Assembly (NCBI RefSeq): GCF_009834535.1
Contig: NC_045698.1
Location: 14,696,001-14,760,000 of the forward strand
Direction of reading: 5' to 3'
DNA length: 64,000 nucleotides
DNA from: Camelus ferus
Lineage: Eukaryota
Shown here: one piece after another, positions 1-13,280 of the stretch
Layout of the letters: every line of letters begins with the position of its first letter
How positions within the stretch are numbered: the stretch's first letter is position 1
The notes under the pieces: generated by a model
Seen by the model: the letters and a program-made list of their open reading frames with translations, nothing else
What the model was told of the DNA's origin: nothing
Database searches by the model: none
Position numbers and translations under genes: made by a program

Positions 1-140
1 ACAAAAAAACATTTTTTAACAATTAAATGTCTACATATAATAGTAATTAAAAATATAATTAGGATCAAGCAAATATGGACACGTCTGTGCCAGTGAGGGT
101 GACTGGTAGATCTTGCTCTTTGTATCTCACGTTAGTCAAG

Positions 141-170
141 CAAACAAAACAAAACAAACAAAACAAAAAA
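141..170. repeat. (CAAAA)n-like simple repeat
   Basis: caaacaaaacaaaacaaacaaaacaaaaaa read directly. Confidence 0.8.
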
Positions 171-877
171 GTGCTCTTGGAATGTGAACTTTTTCTTTTC
201 TCTGTAAATACTCTAGGAACATACAACATGCCTTTCTTTTCTTTCAAATGTCTATGAAATGAGTTCTTAAATTTTTTTCAGTAAATACACATTAATACTT
301 CATTCTCAACTATCAAGATCAAACATGTGCAAGGCTTTTCAGTTCACAGGTAATTAGGTTTATTGCTGAACCCATTTCCCTCTTTGCCCTGCCAGATTTG
401 ATTGCGGCCAAACATATTACAGATGGAGAGAAGCTAATTCAAAGAGGCATTTACAAATTGGAGAAGTGCTCACAAGCACACAGCACAGTTGGGAAAGATC
501 GTATGTGGTTAGGTTAAAAAAGGAAGCTAGAACTCATATGCAGAATAAGTTGTGAGCGGAAAAAAATGGCATTATAGTAAACATGATAGAGGTTGCCATC
601 AGCCTTTCCAACCAAGCATGCTGAGGAAACACTTTGTTTTTAACTCTCCCTCTTCCTCCAAGTAGAAAACCCACTTGGCCAGCACTGGGGACTTGAAATT
701 GATAAACTACTGGAAGAAAAGGATCAGTCCTTGGTGACGGGGTTTTCTGACACCACTTGCCTTTGTTTGATGGGGGCAGGGTTTCTGGTATTCCAATAAA
801 TTCTATCCAACAAAAGACAGAGATGAGGCTGATGAAAGATAAGAAAACAAACCAAAAACAGCTCTCTTCTCTTCCTG

Positions 878-1044
878 ACCACATGACCTCCTGCAAGCCA
901 GGAGGCAGGTCCTCATCAGGAACCAAATCCTCTGGCACCTTGTCTTGGACTTTCCAGTCTCCAAAAGTCTGAGAAATAAATGTCTGTGATTTAAGCTAAC
1001 CCCTCCATGGTATTTTGTGTGGCAGCCTGAGCTGACTAGAGACA
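878..1044 (+). mobile_element. MaLR LTR 3' fragment (MLT1A/B-like)
   Basis: Typical MLT1 tail: ggcaccttgtcttggactttccagtctcc...gagaaataaatgtctgt..tttaagc...ggtattttgtgtggcagcctgagctgactagagaca. Confidence 0.75.
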
Positions 1045-1056
1045 CGCTTAACCACC

Positions 1057-1200
1057 CATTCACTCCACAAATATTTCCTGAGTTCCTAGTGTGCACTGAA
1101 TGCTGTTCTAGTGCTCAGGGGACAGCTGTGAAGAAATCAGAGACCCTGCCCTCATGGAACCACCACTGGCGGGGAGAGACAAACAGACAAATGACCAATA
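1057..1200 (-). mobile_element. L2 3'-end fragment
   Basis: cattcactccacaaatatttcctgag...tgctgttctagtgctcaggggacagctgtg...ccctgccctcatggaac resembles the reverse complement of the L2 terminus. Confidence 0.65.
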
Positions 1201-1223
1201 TCATGTCCTTTGCCAATGTATCC

Positions 1224-1302
1224 AAAGTTGTGGTGGGACTAAATGAACTAGTACATGTTAAGTATTTGACACATGACAAGCGTTCACTAAATGCTAGCTA
1301 CT
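1224..1302 (+). mobile_element. MIR 3' fragment
   Basis: gttgtggtgggactaaatgaa...catgttaagtatttg...cactaaatgctagctact. Confidence 0.55.
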
Positions 1303-1386
1303 ATCTCATAATTCCCTCTTCTGACAGCTCTTCTTTGGCTCATGGCACTGTTACTCTCTCACTGCACAAATCTGATACTTGGGGAC

Positions 1387-1832
1387 TGTGGCAGGTAGGC
1401 TAATGGCCCCTCAAAGATGGGTACATCCTAACCCCCAGAACTAGTGAGCATATCAGGTCACATGGCAAGCGGGAATTAAGGTTGCCCATGGAATTAAGAT
1501 TTCTAATCAGATGACTTTGATATGGAAGATTATTCTGGATTATCTGGGTGGGCCCAGTGTAATCACATGGGTCCTTAGAAGTGGAGGAGGGAGGCAGCAA
1601 AGACCCAGAAAGATGGCAGCACACGAAGGATTTAGCCCAAGATTCTGGTGTTGAAGATGGAAGGGGACCATTAACCAATGAATCAGGCAGTCTCTAGAAG
1701 ATGAAAAAGGAAAGGTGACAAATGCTCTAGAACCTCCAAGATGAATGCAGCCCTGATGACACCTTGATTTTAGCCCAGTGAAACCCGTTTCAGACTTCAG
1801 ACTTCTGAAACGATAAAATAATAAGTGTGCAT
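1387..1832 (+). mobile_element. MaLR LTR (MLT1D-like)
   Basis: Starts tgtggcagg...aatggcccctcaaagat; contains gattattctggattatctgggtgggcccagtgtaatcac and gacaccttgattttagcccagtgaaaccc. Confidence 0.8.
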
Positions 1833-1900
1833 CACTCAGGAAGCAAGGAGGGGGTGATGTGGTGCACTTGAGGCAGAAAGAATAATTTGTGCGAAGGTCC

Positions 1901-2382
1901 TGTGTTCACCAGCCTCCAAGATGGCCCCCAAATGCTCCCTAACTCATACTCTTCACAGCCTTGTGCAGTCCCTTCCCACACTGAATAGGGCTGACTTATG
2001 CAACAAAGAGAATATCATAGAAGTGACTGAGTGTGACCTCCGAGGCGAAGTCATAAAAGACATAGCAGCTGCCCATCTGTTCTCTTGAGTCACTCTCTCC
2101 AGGAGAAACCAGCTGTCCTATTGTGAGGACACTGAAGGAGCCCTGTGGAGGGGTTCTGAGCTATCTGGGAGGTGAACCCTACAGCTCCAGTCAAGCCCTC
2201 AGAAGACTGTATCCCCAGCTGATATCTTCACAACAAACTCACGAAGGACCCTGAGCCAGAATTGTCCAGCTAAGCTGCTCCCAAGTTTATGACCCACAGA
2301 AACTGTAAGATACTAAATCTTTGTTGCTTTAAGCCAGTAAGTTTTAGGGTGATTTGTTACACAGCAATGGATAATTAATACA
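1901..2382 (+). mobile_element. MaLR LTR (MLT1F-like)
   Basis: cagcctccaagatggccccca...gtgtgacctccgaggc..gtcataaaag...tttaagccagtaagttttagggtgatttgttacacagcaatggataattaataca. Confidence 0.8.
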
Positions 2383-2608
2383 GGTCCTAAGGTCATGTGG
2401 AACTACAAAAAGCTCTGAAAGACTCAAGTGAAGGGCATAAGAGGGGAGAACTCAAAACAAGACAGGAAAAGAAGACAAGCCCCAGATTGTGGAGGGGATT
2501 CTAAATCACAGCTCTCAGATGGAGTGTGCTTTGTTCTAAGGGTGACAGGGAAGGGTTGGTGGATTTTAAGCAGGGAAGTGACCTGGTCAGATTTCACTTT
2601 AGAAAAAT

Positions 2609-2647
2609 AACACAACACAACACAAAACAAAACAAAACAAAACAAAA
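2609..2647. repeat. (CACAA)/(CAAAA)n microsatellite
   Basis: aacacaacacaacacaaaacaaaacaaaacaaaacaaaa. Confidence 0.85.
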
Positions 2648-4859
2648 TTTTATCCAAGGTGAGAAAAGAATCACCATACTTCAAAATGCATTTATTTGAG
2701 GATCATGAACTTGTAATTACTGACCTGATTTCTAACAGAAAGCAAGATTTTAAATGATTGATAAAGAGAAAATAATGATGCATAAGATGCCAACTCACAC
2801 ACCCTAGAATCTTAAAAACAAAAATAAATTCTGAGAGGGACAAGGAATCAACCTACATAAAAAAGATTTCAGTATTAGCTATGAAACTGGCATACAATTT
2901 GATAGCATCGTTTTTTAAAAATGAAACATTCTAATTAACATATTTGGTTTGAAACATGAAAGGAGAGTGTAGGCAATTTTTCCAGGTACAATATGATTAC
3001 ACCTGCTACAAACAAAGTTAATGGTCCCTAAACTTATTCTTAGACCAACAGGAAGATTGAAGTGGATTAAGTAGGATTTCAGTGTGTGACTTCATATTTA
3101 CTCTGTTAGCGAGTATTTACTTTCCTTCTTAAGATCCCAAACACTTTAATTAATGCCTATGTCTAATTCCTTCTGTACTGACAGATCTATAATAGAAAAA
3201 TAGGAAAAAGAAATCTGTAATTTTGAATATAAATGTAAAAAAAAAGAACAAAATCATGTATATTGTAATATATTGATCCTATAAAATCAATATATAAATT
3301 ATATACTAATTAAAAAATGAATAATGCCAATTTAATGCATGCTTTATGACTGAAAGACAAAAAAAATCTATATATGTACAAATATATAGGAGTATTAACT
3401 TTTCTTTTTTACTTAAGTCATCAATTAATTATCTACAACATTACATTATCTATTATTTCTCAAAATTGCCAGCTAAATTTCAAAGTATGTATATTTTTAA
3501 AAATTATTTCATTTGAGAAAAATGTGGATATTAATAATTTCTTCTAAAGACAGATTGCATCTGGCATATCATAAAAATGACATCTAAGTAACCATCACTT
3601 CCTTTTTCAAAGTAAATTTACATATTGAAGATAAGCCTGTTAATTACAATACTAATATTTTGCTGTGTGTCTATGTGTGTGTGTACTTCTAAAATATGTT
3701 CAGGATACTTTTTAAGGGAAAAAATTACATATGGCATGACAAATATTACAGACAGAATGTGTTCTAAATATATATACCCAAATATTTTATGTTTAATTAT
3801 TTAAAAAGGCACAAGAATTAAATTCTATGATATTGAGGGTAAACCAGTTATTGGTTTTATCAGTTACTTATAACAATGCCTGTCTCACAGTTAGAAAATT
3901 TTCTTTTCAAATATGCCCAAAAAAGCATAACTGATGCTTCCCCAGTAAAGTTAGAATTAAAGAAGGGAAAAATAAGTGAGTACTCTGTTAATGACTAGAG
4001 AATTCTGCAGTGGGTTCAATGACTCAGCCTTCTACACAACTATTCCTAAGGTTTGTTTATCAGTTGAAATTCTGCTACAGTCATTGGTCTATACAATCTT
4101 TATTTCTGACTACATTGTGCCTGGGCCTGGGCAAGACGGGTACTAGTAAGCTTTTCTTGGCAATAGAAACTCAAGCCCTGATCTTGAGAATCTTATGTGT
4201 ACTGAGGGAAAGAGACAAATAGGAAAATAAAATACAAGACAGTATGTCAGACCTGCAGTGGTGTAAGAACAAGTGCTGTGGAACATATAAAGTGAGACAC
4301 CATTCAGCTTTGGATGGATTAGGAAACGCTTAGTAGAAAAATAAAACTGGAACTAAGACATCTGGTCAAATGGAAGGGAAAGATATCTTACGCTGTATGT
4401 AATAATGATGGCAATGTGATAAAGAGGGAAATTCATCAGGCAGAAGAAACAGTTCGTACAAAGTACTGATAGGGATTCTCAAATATAGATTCATAGAGTG
4501 CTCTAAGTCCATGGTGAGGTTTGTGACATTTCACACTAAAATTTAACAAATAAGGAAGTAAAATCTTTCATGAATTTAAATATACCTAGATTTTTTAAGT
4601 GTTCAAATTTATGTAACATTTTTAGTGTTCAAGATTCTTTACTATATGAAGTAATTATGATATATCTATGTATGTATGCATATATGAGTATGCATGTGTG
4701 TATTATAGATACATTAAACATATATATGTACATATGGGTACATATACATATATTTAACCTCCTTACTCAGCAAACACAATTTGTAAGAATGGGTACCCAC
4801 GTGTCTTCTAAGTTTTATTTTCTTTCCATGAAACAACAGCAAAACTTCAACTAGCCATT

Positions 4860-5240
4860 GCTTTAGGAGAACTGTAAGGACTTCAGTATGTGCAGAACAC
4901 TAGGGGATAGACTTGAGGAAGACTGAAGACAGCAGGTTACAGAGGGAACCATAGGCTGAGAAACAGAGAATCTTACATTTAAAATTAAGGAGTTGGCACA
5001 TTATCCTGAGCCTATGGGGAAACATTACAGAATTTTAAGCAAGAAAGTGAAAAGATTAAATGTGTTCTTTCGAAGTAATATCTTAGCTACCACATAGAGA
5101 AGGAAGTGTTGTGGGCCAAGACTGACTGAGACATGAGAAGTAGTAAAATGGACCATAAGGGTAATTCAGGACCACTGGGGTGGCTTTAATCTAGGACAGT
5201 AGCCGTGAGGGTGGTGAGCTACAGAGATCTAATAGGATCT
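4860..5240 (-). mobile_element. L2 fragment (similar pieces at ~2383-2608 and ~4090-4440)
   Basis: ggagttggcacattatcctgag..tatggggaaacattacagaattttaagcaagaaagtga...gtaattcagg...tggctttaatctaggacagtag is a typical antisense L2 body. Confidence 0.6.
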
Positions 5241-5803
5241 GCAGGAACATAAAAACATGTTTGGAAGAGTCTCCTATGTTTAACTATGTATTTATTATAC
5301 TCCAGCATATTTATTATATGTGATGAATTTTTATTTAAAGAAAAGTAGAAATGCAATTTTTTTCAATATATATTCTAGATTTGAAGATAATTTATCAGTG
5401 ACTTTTTCAGTGTGTCTTCAATATAAAAACTTTCTAATGCATCTCAAATCTCTGAAGTGGCATTTTTCTCCATTTAAAGTACCCTTTACTGTCTATCAAC
5501 TAATCCAAATATTTAGCAGACAATGACTCTCTCATACAAAATGGTTTGTTTAATTTTGAGATTCATTACACCCATCATGTTTAAAGACTGAACACTAGAT
5601 ATCATTAAGTTTAAGTAGAAAGATGTGGCAAATGTTACCGTGCAGTCAGAGACAACTGAAAATTGCTATGTAATGCAACACCAATGAAAGCAATGCTGGG
5701 CATATTGGAGAAACTTCTAATGATGCTAATGTTCTACTGAAAACACCAGCTTAAAGAGCTGGAGTCCTGCCATCTATGAAAAGTGGTTTAAAGTCACAGT
5801 TAT

Positions 5804-6348
5804 GCATAAGAGAGTTGTGGTATATTTATACAATGGAATATGATTCAGCCATAAAAAATAATAAGATAATGTCATTTGCAGCAACATGGATGGACCTGGA
5901 GATCATCATACTAAGTGAAGTAAGCCAGAAAAAGAAAGAAAGATGCCATATGATATCACTTATATGTGGAATCAAAAAAAAAAAATGGGGACACAGATGA
6001 ACTTATTTACAAAACAGAAACAGACTCATAGACATAGAAAACAAACGTATGGTTACCAGTGGGGAAATGAGGTGGGAAGGGATAAACTGGGAGTTCAGGA
6101 TTTGCAGATACTAACTACTATATATAAAATAGATAAACAACAGGGTCCTACTGTATAGCACAGGGAAATATATTCAATATCTTGTAATGGCCTATAATCA
6201 AAAAGGATATGTAAAGGGATGAATATATATATACGTGTGTGTGCATGTGTGTATGTGTGTGTAAATGAATCACTATGCTGTACACCAGAAATTAACACAA
6301 CATTGTAAATCAATTGTACTTCAATTAAAAATAAATAAATAAGTAAAT
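5804..6348 (+). mobile_element. 5'-truncated L1 (ORF2 end + 3'UTR + A-rich tail)
   Basis: ORF 5776-6000 carries the L1 ORF2 C-terminus (LWYIYTMEYDSAIK...MSFAATWMDLEIIILSEVSQ). Degenerate TSD aaagtcacagttat (5790-5803) / aaaatcacggctat (6349-6362). Confidence 0.92.
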
Positions 6349-6729
6349 AAAATCACGGCTATAACTTTAAAATTAGTTAGCAGCTTGGGTTGCATTCTAC
6401 AGAATTTTAATAATACAAGTATCTGGAGCTTAAATAATAAAGTTAAATTTTTTTTTTGTAATAATAGAGTGACCAATAGAATTGTCCTTCTCTAGATCTG
6501 AAGTTTGATTTTGATTGGATCAGTACCTCTAGCTAATAGTTCTGTTATCCCTCAAAGAGATAATTACTGAGCACATGCATTCCACACATTGTGGCAGAAA
6601 TTTGACGTTTAATAGAAGAATCTTTTACCGTAAAGTATATTATTTAGAGCCCTAATGAGGAATATTAGGATCATGAGTTGTGTTTACTAAACATACTGCT
6701 TACAAAGTCATAGACAAGGTAGAGCAGAA

Positions 6730-7060
6730 CAACTAGGCAAGGTTAGTAATTGCAAAGCTGGTGCCTCCCACAGGCTTGAATGGATGAGGAGCGGCATCTG
6801 TCACTGGAACCCTGACTGAGAATTTTGGAGATGGGGCAACCTTGACAGGATCAGTGCCATTTGTCACTATATACAGAATTCTCCCTCTTCCCTTTCTCTT
6901 GTACTGGGGCCTCATGTGGCCAAACCCAATGGAAAACAGAGGGTAAGAGGGCCTGTTGATGACACTCATCTGCACCAACATCCCATGGAAAGCAGTACAG
7001 AGCGTGTGGAGATAAATTTCAGTGAGCAAACGGACAATTCTCAGAACCTACAGAATCTAG
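6730..7060 (-). mobile_element. Ancient ERVL-type LTR fragment
   Basis: tggccaaacccaatggaaaacagagggtaagagggcctgttgatg resembles old LTR33/LTR16-class motifs; subfamily uncertain. Confidence 0.4.
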
Positions 7061-7799
7061 CAGGCAGGTAACCACAGTGCTAGAAGGTGCCTGCCCTGAT
7101 AGCGGTGAATAATTCTACTTGTGTTTATGTTCCTTGTGAGGTCCTTGAAGACAACTCACAGCAAGAAATGCCTATCGTGAGATATTAAGGACGAGAGGGA
7201 ATTAGCCAGGCAGAGAGTAGTATAATAACCTTGACTTGTATTTCTTCACACTTTTGTACAGTAATTCACAGACCCATTTTAAGAGGGAAAGAAAAATACA
7301 AAAACTCATAGGTTCTGGAATTAGCTTAAATTGCTTATTTAAATATAACCTGACTATATTCAGCTATAAAGTATAGACATATTATGCTTATTGCATATAC
7401 TGCAGTATAAAGTCTCAACAAAATAAGTTAATAACAACAATATAAAACAAAATTTAAATTGATATTGATGTAATTGAAGAATGAAGTTTTGTAGAAACAA
7501 AATTGTTTTTGTGGAATTTAAAGCAAATCTAATTATCAGGGACTTTTGTATAGGAACATGCATCCACAACCAAAGTTGAGTACTAGATCAATTTTCTTTT
7601 CTCTTGAAACCATGGCTCTGAAAGCCACTGGGGAGTCCTAATTCAGTTTGTTGTTTTTTGGTTTGTTTTTTCCCTTCCCACAAGAATGTATCTTTTATAC
7701 ATATCTAGGTGATCCTCAGTCTTCCTTTTTAATCCATCCATGACAATCAGAGTAGCACTTCCTATGCCAGCCCTGTGGAGAATACAAGTGATCATGAAC

Positions 7800-8148
7800 A
7801 CTTAGGGTTACTGTAGCAAAGCATCATAGAATAACTGACTTGCAAACGACAGAAATTTATTTCTCACAGTTCTGGACGCTGGAAGTCCGAGATCGGTGTA
7901 CCAGCATAGTTGGGTTTGGTGCCAGCCTTCCTCTGGGTTGCAGAATACCAACTTCCCTTTGCATCCTCACATGGGAGAAAGACAGCTAGCTACCTCCCAG
8001 GCTTCTTCTTATAAGGACACTAATATCATTCCTGAGAGCTTCATCCTCATGACCTAATTACCTGCCAAATGCCCCAGCTCCTGATACCATCACATTGGGA
8101 TATTTCAGCGTATGAATTTTGCAAGGACACAAATATTCAGTTCTTAAC
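7800..8148 (-). mobile_element. MaLR LTR (MLT1A/B-like)
   Basis: acagaaatttatttctcacagttctggacgctggaagtccgagatc...cctcatgacctaattacc...catcacattggga...ggacacaaatattcagt. Confidence 0.82.
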
Positions 8149-8369
8149 AAACAATTTACACAGTATTTCTAGCACTTAGGCTGTCTTCTAGATGTTTTAG
8201 AATGTGCTCATATTAGTCTTCTTTAAGCCATCATAAACATAAAACAGAAGTACATAACTGTTCACAAGTACGTATCAATCCCCAAGATTAAGGGACTGTG
8301 CATTGCTCAAGTTCTCATTGCAATCATGCAAATATTTTGTGGATTTTAGAAGTTTGCCTTATGTAACAC

Positions 8370-8533
8370 TAGTGTTTCTAAAACTCAGAGTGATACAAAT
8401 CCCATGGGGAACTTCCTAAAAAGTATATCTCAATCCAACTCTTAACATTGGTTGGCTGGGGTTATGCATTTTAACAGGAATCCCAGATGATTTTGATGTA
8501 GATTATTTACTGCTGAAACTTTGGAAAATATTG
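8370..8533. mobile_element. MER5-like hAT-Charlie MITE
   Basis: tagtgtttctaaaact...atgcattttaacaggaatcccagatgattttgatg...actttggaaaatattg. Confidence 0.55.
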
Positions 8534-8872
8534 ATTTGAAAGTTCCTTTAAAGTCTGTTAAAAAAAACACCTCAGATTATTATTTTAAATATTGAGAGAA
8601 GAGTTAAGTAAATTGATTAGGAGTTTTTATGGTTAGGGTTTTTTTAGACTAGATTAACACATTAACACAGAATTTTATTGTTTAATATTTCTTAAAAATA
8701 CAAGTCTTATTAGACAATACCAGGTTGCAGGTATATCAGCTACATTAACTTTTAAGATGTCTCCTGCCACACAGTGGGACTTTGAACTCATTGTCCTTTC
8801 TGACTGGCAGCTTCTTCTTCTTCCTGCCAGGGTTTCAATTCTTAAACTCTTACTCATCCCTTAGTCTCATGA

Positions 8873-8920
8873 CAAAAAAAAAATATATATATATATATAA
8901 ATCTATCTATCTATCTATCT
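8873..8920. repeat. A-run + (TA)n + (TCTA)n microsatellite
   Basis: aaaaaaaaaatatatatatatatataaatctatctatctatctatct. Confidence 0.85.
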
Positions 8921-9373
8921 TCTCAGAGACCCAGTAGGATCTTCAGTGTCAAGGTAAAGTTTCGTTTGGTGTGCAACCTGGTTCTGCAGTGAAAGGTGAG
9001 CAGAAGTGACTGGTACCACTATTAGGTAAAAGCTTTAAGAGACAACATGTAATTCTCTTTGCTTGCTCTTTCCAAACATGCTCAGACTGTGTCTGCTACT
9101 TCAGTATAAATTCCAGAGTCAGAACTATGTGGAGCAGCCCCTGTTGACAAATCACAATATGCAACAAGAGTGAGAAAGAAACTTGTCATTTTAAGCCCCT
9201 AATATTTAGAGTGGTTGGTTACAGCAAAAAAGCCTTCCTGACACATCTCATTTTATATTTATGTGACTCATTACATACCTTCCATATCTAACTATGGTCC
9301 CAGGGGTAATCTTAATTTTCACTGCACATCATATTTTTGAGACCTAGCAAATGCCTAGTATATCAAAGGGGCT

Positions 9374-9958
9374 TGTGTTGGACAGAATAAGGCTGTGCCA
9401 AGGATATCCATGTCTGAATGCCTGGAATCTATGAATATGTTACCTTACGTGGCAAAAGGTAATTTGTGGAAATAATAAAGGTTAAAAACACTAAAAGAAG
9501 GAGTTTATTCCAATTATCATGGTGGCCTCAATCTACATTCATGAACTTTTAGAAGTTCAAGAGACAGACAGAAGGGTGAGAGATGTGACAACAAAAGAAG
9601 AAAGAGGAAAAATCCACAGTTGTAAAGACCAGAACTGCCACTGCTGGCTTTGAAAACGGAGGAAGGGAGCCATGTGAGAAGGCACGTGGGCAGCATCTAA
9701 AAGACGCTAGCTGCTGTCGGCTGACAGAAAAGAACCAGGAGTTCCAGTCCTATAGCCACAAGGAACTGAATTCCACCACAAACCTCAGTAAGCAAGGAAA
9801 CAGACTGTCCCCAGAGTCACAGGAAAGGAAGAAACCCTGTTGTCACCTTGGTTTTAATCTGGTGAGACACATGTTGGTTTCATAACGTTATACATTTGTG
9901 CCGTTTTAAGCCTCAAAGTTTCTAGTAAGGTGTTATAGCAGCAGTTGAAACTAACACA
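9374..9958 (+). mobile_element. MaLR LTR (MLT1E-like)
   Basis: tgtgttggacagaataa...gaatatgttaccttacgtggcaaaagg...cacaaggaactgaattc...ttatagcagcagttgaaactaacaca. Confidence 0.8.
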
Positions 9959-11349
9959 TGTCTCAATATGTTCTTGCTGAAAGAATAAATAACGATGAAA
10001 GAAACATCCACAACAAATTCAAATCTCTCACATGAAAATTTAGCAAAAAGATAAAATATTATCTCAACTATTATTTATAATATGTTCCTGCTTTTCTTAT
10101 TCCTTAAAGATAAGCCTTCATTTTCATTCATTTAAGAGATCTAGGTTAGCAGGATGTTTGCTCAGGGATGAATTTTGGTGCTTAACCAGCTCCTGATTTT
10201 TAGAGAGGTGTCGAAATCTGCTAACTAGATTTTTAACTTCCTTCAAAGAGAAGGCGTTAAGAGCCTCCTCTAGCTCTGCCAAGGAAGAAATTGGTCTAAT
10301 TACTCCAAGTTAAGGTTGTAATTGCCTTTCTACATGTTATGCCATGAGCCCCTGTCTTATTGCACTCACTGTTAATGAAAACAGAAAGAAAGGGGCCCTT
10401 GCCCTGCTTGCCTCACTGGCTTTCTCTGGTACTGATTGCTGTCTCTCAACCGTGGCGCCTCTGCTTGGAACAGATTACTCATTGTTTCCTCAGAATGTAC
10501 TCCTCAAACTGATCACGCCGTAATGGCCGAAGACGGCCTCTGAAACACATTTCCTAACTTCCAACCCTTTTAATTTTCTAATGTTGCTAATTTTTTTTAA
10601 GGGTCAATATATGTGTAAGTCTATGAATAAGTGGGGTTCAATGGGAAATTTTCAAAATATCTTACTGAGTTTTCAAGGGACATCAGACAATAGCAGGTAT
10701 GTTTGTCAAAGATTTGCTAGCAAAATATGGAAAAAAAATAGAAACACACCCATACCTAACCACAAACACATCATATCAATGCCCATCCCATACACCCAAG
10801 AACAAAACCAACCAACCAACCAACCAACAAACAAACATTCAAACACAATGCATTTCCTTTTTTTCCCTCTGACTATAATTTTATATTCAGGACTGATAAT
10901 TACTGGAAAAAAAGAAAGAAAAACACTGATAATCTCAAATGTTGTCAGGATTTGAAATGTTTCAAAAAAGAAATCTGAAGTCAGATTAAAGAGGTAAAGA
11001 ATTAGCTAAGAATAGATCTTAGGTAATCATCTTCGCTTTCTGCATAAGAAATTAGTCAATGTGAAATTTCATTATCTCAAAAAGATGACTCCACTTTAAT
11101 ATTTTCATAAGATTTTTCTGTCCATCAAGATTCCCTTGCAGTTTTCCAAGAAATAAATTTCATTATCACTATACTGTTTATTTTATAGCTATGCTATTGT
11201 ACTTTTAGGGATTTATAATACAATGATTTTTATTCGATGGAAAGATTCTAATTAATGTGGTGACTCTGAAAATCTTCCCCAAAGTTAATCTAGGCATATC
11301 CCCTTTGCATTTAGAAGAAACCTTTTGATCACGTTAATGCCTATGACTA

Positions 11350-11772
11350 TAGGTGCTATACAGTCTTTCTAGAACCTTGCCATTTTCCCATCAAGAGGTA
11401 GAATCTAATCCTCTTCACTTTAATCTGCCTGGGCCTGCAACCGAGTAGAACTCTGTGAAAGTGACAATGTATGACTTCTAAGGTGAAGCCATAAAAAGGC
11501 AATATATATATAGCTTATTAATCTGGAGCTCTGTGCCGCCATGTAAACAGCCCCAGAGTTCTGATGCTGCCTTGCAGTGAGGAAGCCCAAACTGCTCACA
11601 TGAAGAGACCCCATGGAGAAACCTGGAGACTAAATGAAGAGAGAGAGATGCAAGGACATCTTCCAGATGCTGCTGCTCCAGTCACCGAATGACTGCAACT
11701 GCATCTGAGACCTTCAGCCAAAACCACCAAGTCAAGTCTTTCCCAGACACACAGAGTCTTAAGAAATAGTAC
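11350..11772 (+). mobile_element. Old MaLR LTR (MLT1G/H-like)
   Basis: tccccatcaagaggtagaatcta...gaagtgacaatgtatgacttctaagg...gtgaggaagcccaaact...gactgcaactgcatctgagacc. Confidence 0.6.
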
Positions 11773-12959
11773 AAGATGGACTCTAAATGTCCTCTTGTTT
11801 TTGTAACATCCTTTTTCAGTCTACATTATTTCATTCTTTTTAAACAATCTGGTTTTCCATTGTGGGCGTTTTCTGTGGTTCTGACCTTGGCTAATATCCA
11901 ATTCCATGGTTTCATTTATCATATATAAATGATGGTTATTCCCAAATATCTCCTGAGGTTTCAGACTAAATTCTCAAAGGTCTATTGAATGCACATTTAT
12001 ATTCTCCCACATATCTCAAATTCATAATACTCCAGACCAAAGCCATCATTTCCACTATTTAAATGGTTCCTTCCTTCTTTATATGTAATATTTCTGTATA
12101 GTACTACCATTTACCCAGTTTCCAAAGCCAGACTATAGAATCATCTTGTCTCTTCTGTTTCCTTTAACTCACCCCCTACATTAAAATGTCACTGATTCCT
12201 TGTGTTTCTCTAAATATTTTTCCCACTTTCAGTCACTGTCCATATCACTAATGAAATATTGTATTTCAGAGGAATATCTGATCCTCTCACTTTCCGTGAG
12301 AGGATAAAATAAACGTATTTTAAGAGCAATTAAACTCACCTCATTCTGCCCTCACAAACTGCAAGCAAAAATGTGTAATCACCCAGCAACATTTTCAGAA
12401 GATCTGAAAGACTTTACATTTAATTAGACACTCCCTGTTTAGGAGGAATATGTGTTAGAGTGCACCACAATCTATAGAAAACCCTAAGCGTCTTAGGGAT
12501 CAATCATGTTGAAAAGCTCAAATTCTAGATACTCCATTCCCTGTAAAATGGTCATTTCTCTTTTCATTAAAGATTCTAACATAAAACATCTTTCCTAAAC
12601 AGGACCATGTCTACCTCTTGCTTTACCCTCATGCTCATTCCTATATGCTCCAGTGTTAGCTTTTCCACAACCCTTGACTAAGACTCATCATTCAGTACTC
12701 AAGTCATCACATATTTATGTACATTTTCTTCCTATTAGACTCAGGCCTCCTCCAAACCACTAGTGCATCTTTTTCCCCACTCCATTCTATTGGGCACTTT
12801 GATGACTAATTTTGAGCCTAAAATTTAGAAGGTAATTAAATGGTTTTTGAATAATAAATCTATCAATGAATTTAATAAATTGCTTTGTAGCTACAAAAAA
12901 AAATCAGCACATATCTTCATTAACAAAAGTGTTGTGTTTCAAATTAGGGAGATGCTACA

Positions 12960-13280
12960 TCCTTCATCCTTCACTGATAACATCAAATCTAGATGACTAT
13001 ATTCAGTTCTGGTCACCATATTTTAATAGCACCATAGGGAAAAGGATTTAAAGGAGAATGGCGAAGGTTCATGTGAAGATAGGTCAAAGGAATGAGGAAA
13101 CCACACAAAAAAGCATTCAGCATTTGCTGCCTGGACCAGAAAAGCACTAAAGCCAAAGAATGGGAATCACAGAGACACAGACTCTGGCTTGGTAGGAATC
13201 ATTTTATAATAATCAGATACGTTTTTTTCAGTTTTCCATAACTTGAGCTGTTCAATAAAAGAAAAGATGACCACTCAGTG
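12960..13280 (+). mobile_element. L3/CR1 3' fragment
   Basis: ctagatgactatattcagttctggtcaccatattttaa matches the CR1/L3 'VQFWSPHF' region (the ORF track shows DDYIQFWSPYF). Confidence 0.55.
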
